A stretch of 15,547 nucleotides of DNA from Octopus sinensis (taxonomy: Eukaryota), in contig NW_021825779.1 in NCBI RefSeq assembly GCF_006345805.1, positions 1 through 15,547 on the forward strand. The letters are read 5' to 3'. A program made the position numbers and the translations under genes. The number at the start of each line of letters is the position of its first letter. Positions within the stretch are counted from its first letter, which is position 1. Shown here one piece after another: positions 9,578 to 15,547 of the stretch. The notes under the pieces were generated by a model that worked only from the letters and a program-made list of their open reading frames with translations, did no database searches and was not told the DNA's origin.

Positions 9578-9962
9578 AGGAGGCACAATGGCCCAGTGGT
9601 TAGGGCAGCGGACTCGCGGTCGTAGGATCGCGGTTTCGATTCCCAGACCGGGCGTTGTGAGTGTTTATTGAGCGAAAACACCTAAATCTCCACGAGGCTC
9701 CGGCAGGGGATGGTGGTGATCCCTGCTGTACTCTTTCACCACAACTTTCTCTCACTCTTACTTCCTGTTTCTGTTGTACCTGTATTTCAAAGGGCCGGCC
9801 TTGTCACTCTCTGTGTCACGCTGAATATCCCCGAGAACTACGTTAAGGGTACACGTGTCTGTGGAGTGCTCAGCCACTTACATGTTAATTTCATGAGCAG
9901 GCTGTTCCGTTGATTCGGATCAACCGGAACTCTCGTCGTCGTAACCGACGGAGTGCTTCCAC
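9578..9962 (+). mobile_element. Full-length tRNA-derived SINE (SINE-Y head, alternative tail) with 11-bp TSD
   Basis: A box TGGCCCAGTGG (9589-9599) and B box GGTTTCGATTCC (~9632). Flanked by AATATGGCAGT at 9567-9577 and 9963-9973. The empty site is visible in repeat unit 1. Confidence 0.92.
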
Positions 9963-10206
9963 AATATGGCAGTCCAGAAAAATAGGACAAATGCTGCCAT
10001 TGATATATATATGTGTGTGTGTCTGTGTGTCCATGTTTGTTCCACACATCTGCTTGACAACCGGTGTTGGTGTGTTTACATCCCCACGTTAATTTCACGA
10101 GCGGGCTGTTCCATTGATTCGGATCAACCGGAACCCTCGTCGTCGTAACCGACAGAGTGCTTCCACAATATGGCAGTCCAGAAAAATAGGACAAATGCTG
10201 CCATTG

Positions 10207-10258
<52 letters not shown>

Positions 10259-10311
10259 ATGTTTGTTACACACATCTGCTTGGCAACCGGTGTTGGTGTG
10301 TTTACATCCCC
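9884..10311. repeat. ~204-bp chimeric tandem duplication
   Basis: 9884-10085 and 10088-10311. Each unit is SINE-Y tail + TSD/flank + microsatellite + SINE-X body piece. Confidence 0.9.
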
Positions 10312-10474
10312 ATAACTTACCGGTTTGGCATAAGAGTCCAATAGAATAAGTCCCAGGCTTAAAAAAAAAAACAGCCCGAGGGGGGGGGTCGATTCATTCG
10401 ACTGAAAGTCATTCGGGGTGTTGCCCCAGCATGGCCCTAGTCTAATGACCGAAACAAGTAAAAGATAAAAAGAT
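10207..10474 (+). mobile_element. Decayed SINE-X 3' half
   Basis: TA/GT microsatellite, then CAACCGGTGTTGGTGTGTTTAC..., ATAGAATAAGT..., CCCCAGCATGGCC...GAAACAAGTAAAAG. Confidence 0.75.
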
Positions 10475-10795
10475 TAATGACTGTAGAATGCAATTGCGTA
10501 TGACTAATGATATATCCTGAGTGATAGAAGCGAAATGAGCTTGCATTTCTGTAACTCATTTGTTGTAAAACTGAAAGCCATGGTTGCACCAAAGATCATT
10601 GCTCTTATCTAATTATCATTGCTCCTGATCTAATTATCATAATATATTCTTGTCACATGCTGCTACGGTATGCTGTGGCATAGACAAACATATAATTGCT
10701 TCGGGAACTTCTGGCACTACACTGCAGTTTCATAAAACACTTACGAGGGAAGCTGTGGTTTTACTGAAGGTTGTGCAGTATTTCTTTCATCCCAA

Positions 10796-12104
10796 GGCAG
10801 CAAGCTGGCCGAAATGTTAGCACACCGGGTGAAATGCTTAGCGGTATTTCGTCTGCCGCTGAGTTCTGAGTTCAAATTCCGCCGAGGTCGACTTTGCCTT
10901 TCATCCTTTCGGGGTCGATAAATTAAGTACCAGTTACACACTGAGGTTGATATAATCGACTTAATCCCTTTGTCTGTCCTTGTTTGTCCCCTCTGTGTTT
11001 AGCCCCTTGTGGGTAGTAAAGAAATAGGTATTTCATCTGCTGCTGAGGTTGACTTTGCCCTTCGTCCTTTTGGAGTCGATAAATTAAGTACCAGTTACGC
11101 ACTGGGGTCGATGTAATCGACTTAATACGTTTGTCTGTCCTTGTTTGTCCCCTCTGTGTTTAGCCCCTTATGGGCAGTAAAGAAATAGGTATTTCGTTCT
11201 GAGTTCAAATTCCACCGAGGTCGACTTTGCCTTTCATCCTTTCGGGGTCGATAAACAAAGTACCGGTTACGCACTGGGGTCGATGTAATCGACTTAATCC
11301 CTTTGTCTGTCCTTGTTTGTTCCCCTCTGTGTTTAGCTCCTAGTGGGTAGTAAAGAAATAGGTATTTCATCTGCCGCTGAGTTCTGAGTTCAAATTCCGC
11401 CGAGGTCGACTTTGCCTTTCATCCTTTCGGGGTCGATAAACAAAGTACCGGTTATGCACTGGGGTCGATGTAATCGACTTAATACGTTTGTCTGTCCTTG
11501 TTTGTCCCCTCTGTGTTTAGCCTCTTGTGGGTAATAAAGAAATAGGTATTTCGTTCTGAGTTCAAATTCCACCGAGGTCGACTTTGCCTTTCATCCTTTC
11601 GGGGTCGATAAATTAAGTACCAGTTACGCACTGAGGTTGATATAATCGACTTAATCCCTTTGTCTGTCCTTGTTTGTCCTCTCTGTGTTTAGCCCCTTGT
11701 GGGTAATAAAGAAATAGGTATTTCATCTGCCGCTACGTTCTGAGTTCAAATTCCGCCGAGGTCGACATTGCCTTTCATCCTTTAGGGGTCGATAAATAAA
11801 GTACCGGTTACGCACTGGGGTCGATGTAATCGACTTAATCCGTTTGTCTGTCCTTGTTTGTCTCCTCTGTGTTTAGCCCCTTGTGGGTAGTAAAGAAATA
11901 GGTATTTCATCTGCCGCTACGTTCTGAGTTCAAATTCCGCCGAGGTCGACTTTGCCTTTTATCCTTTAGGGGTCGATAAATAAAGTACCGGTTACGCACT
12001 GAGGTTGATGTAATCGACTTAATCCATTTGTCTGTCCTTTGTTTGTCCTCTCTGTGTTTAGCCCCTTGTGGGCTAAATAGGTGTTTCATCTGTCTTTATG
12101 TTTC
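10796..12104 (+). repeat. SINE-M with head followed by head-to-tail array B (7 units + stub)
   Basis: Head at 10796-10842. Units start at 10843, 11027, 11188, 11361, 11545, 11717 and 11901, with a stub at 12080. Full units are 184 bp; deletion variants are 161-173 bp. Confidence 0.92.
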
Positions 12105-12202
12105 ATATAGTTTTATATTTATAAAACGATATTAAACTATATGAAACGAAGGCATTTCTCTTCCACTTTTTATATATATTTTTTCTACATATTTTCAACC
12201 TA

Positions 12203-12888
12203 TATCATCATCATCATCATCATCGTTTAACGTCCGTTCTCCATGCTAGCATGGGTTCGACGGTTCGACCGGGGTTCTGGGAAGCCAGAAGGCTGCACCA
12301 GGCTCCAGTCTAATCTGGCAATGTTTCTACAGCTGGATGCCCTTCCTAAAGCCAACCACTCCGTGAGTGTAGTGGGTGCTTTTTACGTGCCACCTGCACA
12401 GGTGCCAGGCGAGGCTGGCAACGGCCACGGTCAGATTGGTGTATTTTATGTGCCACCGGCACGGAAGCCAGTCGAGGCGGTGCTGGCATCGGCCACGAGT
12501 TGGATAGTGCTTTTTACGTACCACCAGACCAGGGATCCTGGCTGGTTCAATTCGATTTCGATTTTGCTTGCCCCAACATGTCTTCACAAGCAAAGGGGGT
12601 TGGCATGGGTGCCTGTCGTACGGTCGCATTGAAGTATTTTACGTGCCACGGCCACGAGTCGGATAGTGCTTTTTACGTACCACCAGGCCAGGGATCCTGG
12701 CTGGTTCAATTCGGTTTCGATTTCGCTTGCCCCAACATGTCTTCGCAAGCATGGGGGGTTGGCATGGGTGTCTGTCGTCGGATGAGGTTCTATATCGACT
12801 TCGCTTGCCTCGACAGGTCTTTGTGTCCAAGGGAGGAAAGGCATTCATAAGTGGGCTGGGCTCACTTGTCCTGCCTGGTCTTCTCACG
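12203..12888 (-). mobile_element. Non-autonomous retroelement with (GAT)n tail and internal subrepeats
   Basis: Homologous to 1089-1334. Has an internal 159-bp-period duplication (12491 / 12650) and five variants of TTTTACGTGCCAC. Confidence 0.8.
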
Positions 12889-13020
12889 TATATATATATA
12901 TATATATATACGAGTGAGTGGACAAACGAAAGAAAGGCACTCAACCAATTTATTGGGAGTTACATATATGGATCAAAATAGTTTTGATCCATATATGTAT
13001 GTCTGCATCTATGTATGTAT

Positions 13021-14288
13021 TTTTTTAATTTAATTTTTTATTTTATCTAGTTTCAGCTCACAAGCTGTGGCCATGCTGGAGCACCACCATTTGGTGTTGC
13101 TCCATGATTTTACTTCACGAATGCTTTTTAGCAATTGCCATTTGGTGCATGAGAGAGTTCGATGCAGCTGCCCTCATCTGCACCTCCTGCTGTGAAGTTG
13201 GTTCATCTGGGACACCTGACAAGAAGAGATCCAGTTTTATTTTAAAGACATCTGCATCCACCCCATGCAGGTCTCTCAGGGTCTCCGGGAGGATATTGAA
13301 GAGCTGTGGGCCTCTGAAGCCCAGGCTATCACAGTATCTTGTCCTACATCCTGATGGCAAATTTGGAGTCCTTGGCACTTATACAGTGGCGCCCAGTTCT
13401 GGCATTTGTGTAACTCTCGATGCCAAAGTTTGGGACAAGTCCTTCTTGGATGTATATTATCCTTCCAGATGTATATTATGGCATATCTTTCTCGCCTACG
13501 CTCTAAGGAATAGAGTCTCAATCTCTTGAGTCTTTCCCAATAGCTTATATGCTGCACAGAGGCTATCTTCTTTGTGTAGCTTCGTTGGATCGCCTCAAGT
13601 TCTGTGATTAACTTGACACTGGATGGTGACCATAGCTGAGAGCAATAGTCAAAGTGGCTTAGGATAAGTGTCCTCCAGAGGACCATCATGGTTTCCTGGT
13701 CTTTTGTTCTAAAGGTTCTAAGAATCCATCCGGTCAGCCGCCTGCATTTCATTGCCAATTTAGCAACATGCACATGAAAGGTTGCATCATTACTCATGTA
13801 AATACCCAGGTCACGCACTGATTGTGCCTCTGGGATTGCAATCCCTCCGGGTCCAGTGTATTCATTGGGTATTGCATTCAGTTTTGCATGCTGATAGTAT
13901 AAAGCTTGAAACTTTCCAGCATTGAACTGCATGCTATTCTTTTCAGCCCACTTGTATATTTTGTCCAGCTCACATTGCAGGTGCATAGTGTCTTCAGGGT
14001 TCTGTATTGCCTGTGAAACTTTTGTATCATCTGCATACCTTGTGATCGTGGCTCTCTGCGTGGCTGAGGGCATGTCTGAGAGGGCCATTATAAACAGTAG
14101 TGGTCCCAAAACAGTGCCTTGCAGAACACCGCTCACTATTTGCGTGTTATTGGAGGTGGCCCCATTGGCTACTACCACCTGACTTCTATCCTTCAGAAAG
14201 TCATGAAGCCATTCTCCCAATTTTCCAACTATGCCAAGATCACGTAGTTTGTGACATATCATTCCATGATCGACTTTATCAAAGGCCT
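13021..14288 (-). mobile_element. 5'-truncated CR1-like LINE
   Basis: RT ORF remnant, short 3' UTR with stem-loop (13047-13088) and A-rich tail. Homology appears to begin abruptly at AFDKVDH. Confidence 0.9.
13115..14288 (-). pseudogene. Non-LTR reverse transcriptase remnant (CR1-like ORF2 C-terminal half), two frameshifts
   Basis: AFDKVDH, GVLQGTVLGPLLF, YADD, RDLG, DYCSQLWSP and YWERLKRLRLYSLERRR are present. There is a 10-bp insertion at ~13452-13461 and a +1 A at ~13380. The true C-terminus is the 13115-13378 ORF. Confidence 0.92.
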
Positions 14289-14321
14289 GTATATAATGCA
14301 TATAATCTGTATTCAATTAAT

Positions 14322-14729
14322 AAACGTTTTTGACAAAAGTTTGTATTTTAGAAGTTATTTCGTCAGAAGTTACAGTGACAACGGATGGGTAATATCATTC
14401 TACCAGTATACGAAGTTTAAAAGTGTTTAGTTATGTGGAAATTATTTTTAAAAACTGCCGGTCAAACCGAAAAGATCCTGTTTCTTAAACAAGGGACATA
14501 TTCATACGGTACACAATGTTTTTTTTACTTCAATAGACGTCATTGATTGGTTGAAATTGCAGAAATTGAAGAAAAAAAACAACAAATATCTTACAAACTA
14601 TAGAATTTTCTCAATAAAGCCAAGAGAAAAAGATGTTTTATAAACACATTCTACCAGTATACGTAGTTTAAAAAGTGTTTAGTTACGTGGAAATTATTTT
14701 AAGAAACTGCCGGTCAAACCGAAAAGATC
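14322..14729 (+). mobile_element. Unclassified AT-rich DNA element with two copies of the same terminal segment
   Basis: ...AACTGCCGGTCAAACCGAAAAGATC ends at 14477 and again at 14729, with the small hairpin CGGT-CAA-ACCG. 14327-14363 also matches 6506-6543, so the sequence is interspersed. Helitron/Helentron affinity is a guess. Confidence 0.5.
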
Positions 14730-15450
14730 TCAAATCTGTTGACTGGTGCTCATTTTATCGATTTCTCTTAGGTCAAAGGCAAAGTCTACTCAGATAGTAT
14801 GTGAAATGAGTATATGTAACTAGAAGTTACAGAGTGACAACGGATGGGTGATACTATTCTACCAGTATACGAAGTTTAAAAGTGTTTAGTTACGTGGAAA
14901 TTATTTAAAAAAACTGCCGGTCAAACCGAAAAGATCCCAAATCTGTTGACTGGTGCTCATTTTATCGATTTCTCTTAGGTCAAAGGCAAAGTCTACTCAG
15001 ATAGTATGTGAAATGAGTATTTGTAACTAGAAGTTACAGAGTGACAACGGATGGGTGATACTATTCTACCAGTATACGAAGTTTAAAAGTGTTTAGTTAC
15101 GTGGAAATTATTAAAAAAAACTGCCGGTCAAACCGAAAAGATCCAAAATCTGTTGACTGGTGCTCATTTTATCGATTTCTCTTAGGTCAAAGGCAAAGTC
15201 TACTCAGATAGTATGTGAAATGAGTACTTGTAACTAGAAGTTACAGAGTGACAACGGATGGGTAATATCATTCTACCAGTATACGAAGTTTAAACAAGTG
15301 TTTAGTTACTTGGAAATTATTAAAAAAAACTGCCGTCACAACCGCAAAGATCCAAAATCTGTTGACTGGTGCTCATTTTACGATTTCTGCCCGGGAGTTA
15401 GGTCAAAGCAGAGTCTACTCCGGAGGATGTGAAATGGGTATTGTATCTAC
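14730..15450. repeat. 207-bp tandem repeat, ~3.5 units
   Basis: The terminal ...AAAGATC ends at 14729, 14936, 15143 and 15352. The first units are near-identical; the last one decays. Confidence 0.93.
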
Positions 15451-15547
15451 TAACACTTGAACTCAGGCACGTAAGCAATATCAAAAGTAAGAACGAAGGA
15501 CAAAGAAAACGCATTGAGACAAAAAGTACCGTAAGAAAAATGGCGGA

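Noticed and set aside
9578-9650. tRNA gene
   Set aside because: A and B boxes are present but there is no acceptor-stem closure, and the sequence continues into a SINE body bounded by a TSD.
7400-12104. CRISPR-like array interpretation of the tandem repeats
   Set aside because: Units are contiguous ~184-bp SINE copies with no unique spacers, no cas genes, and a eukaryotic context.
14289-14316. N-terminus MNTDYMHYIQ of the 346-aa ORF as a real start
   Set aside because: It begins at TTG in flanking DNA. RT similarity starts at AFDKVDH, so this is a truncation junction.
13104-14333. Plus-strand ORFs 13104-13529, 13922-14182 and 14100-14333
   Set aside because: Antisense shadows of the LINE RT frame.

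Overview
Repeat-dense, AT-rich animal DNA with no recognisable intact host gene. The repeat families and abundant (TA)n resemble octopus/cephalopod sequence (recalled similarity, not checked by search). The only solid protein homologies are a 5'-truncated, doubly frameshifted CR1-like LINE reverse transcriptase (13115-14288, minus) and a short RTE-LINE C-terminal fragment (1833-2066, minus). The rest is at least four SINE-like families, several tandem arrays and palindromes. The most interesting points are: (1) two SINE-LINE 3'-tail partner pairs visible inside the window, each with a conserved stem-loop whose pairing survives sequence change; (2) two head-to-tail arrays of a headless SINE sharing the exact self-complementary junction GAAATA|GG|TATTTC; (3) a degenerate minimal hammerhead-ribozyme motif; (4) a foldback, promoter-motif cluster and hairpin-rich 328-bp repeat; (5) a young chimeric 207-bp satellite. 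A ~1 kb duplication (2139-4191) differs mainly by single-base indels and may be a sequencing or assembly artefact. Family names here (SINE-X, SINE-Y, SINE-M) are my own labels.
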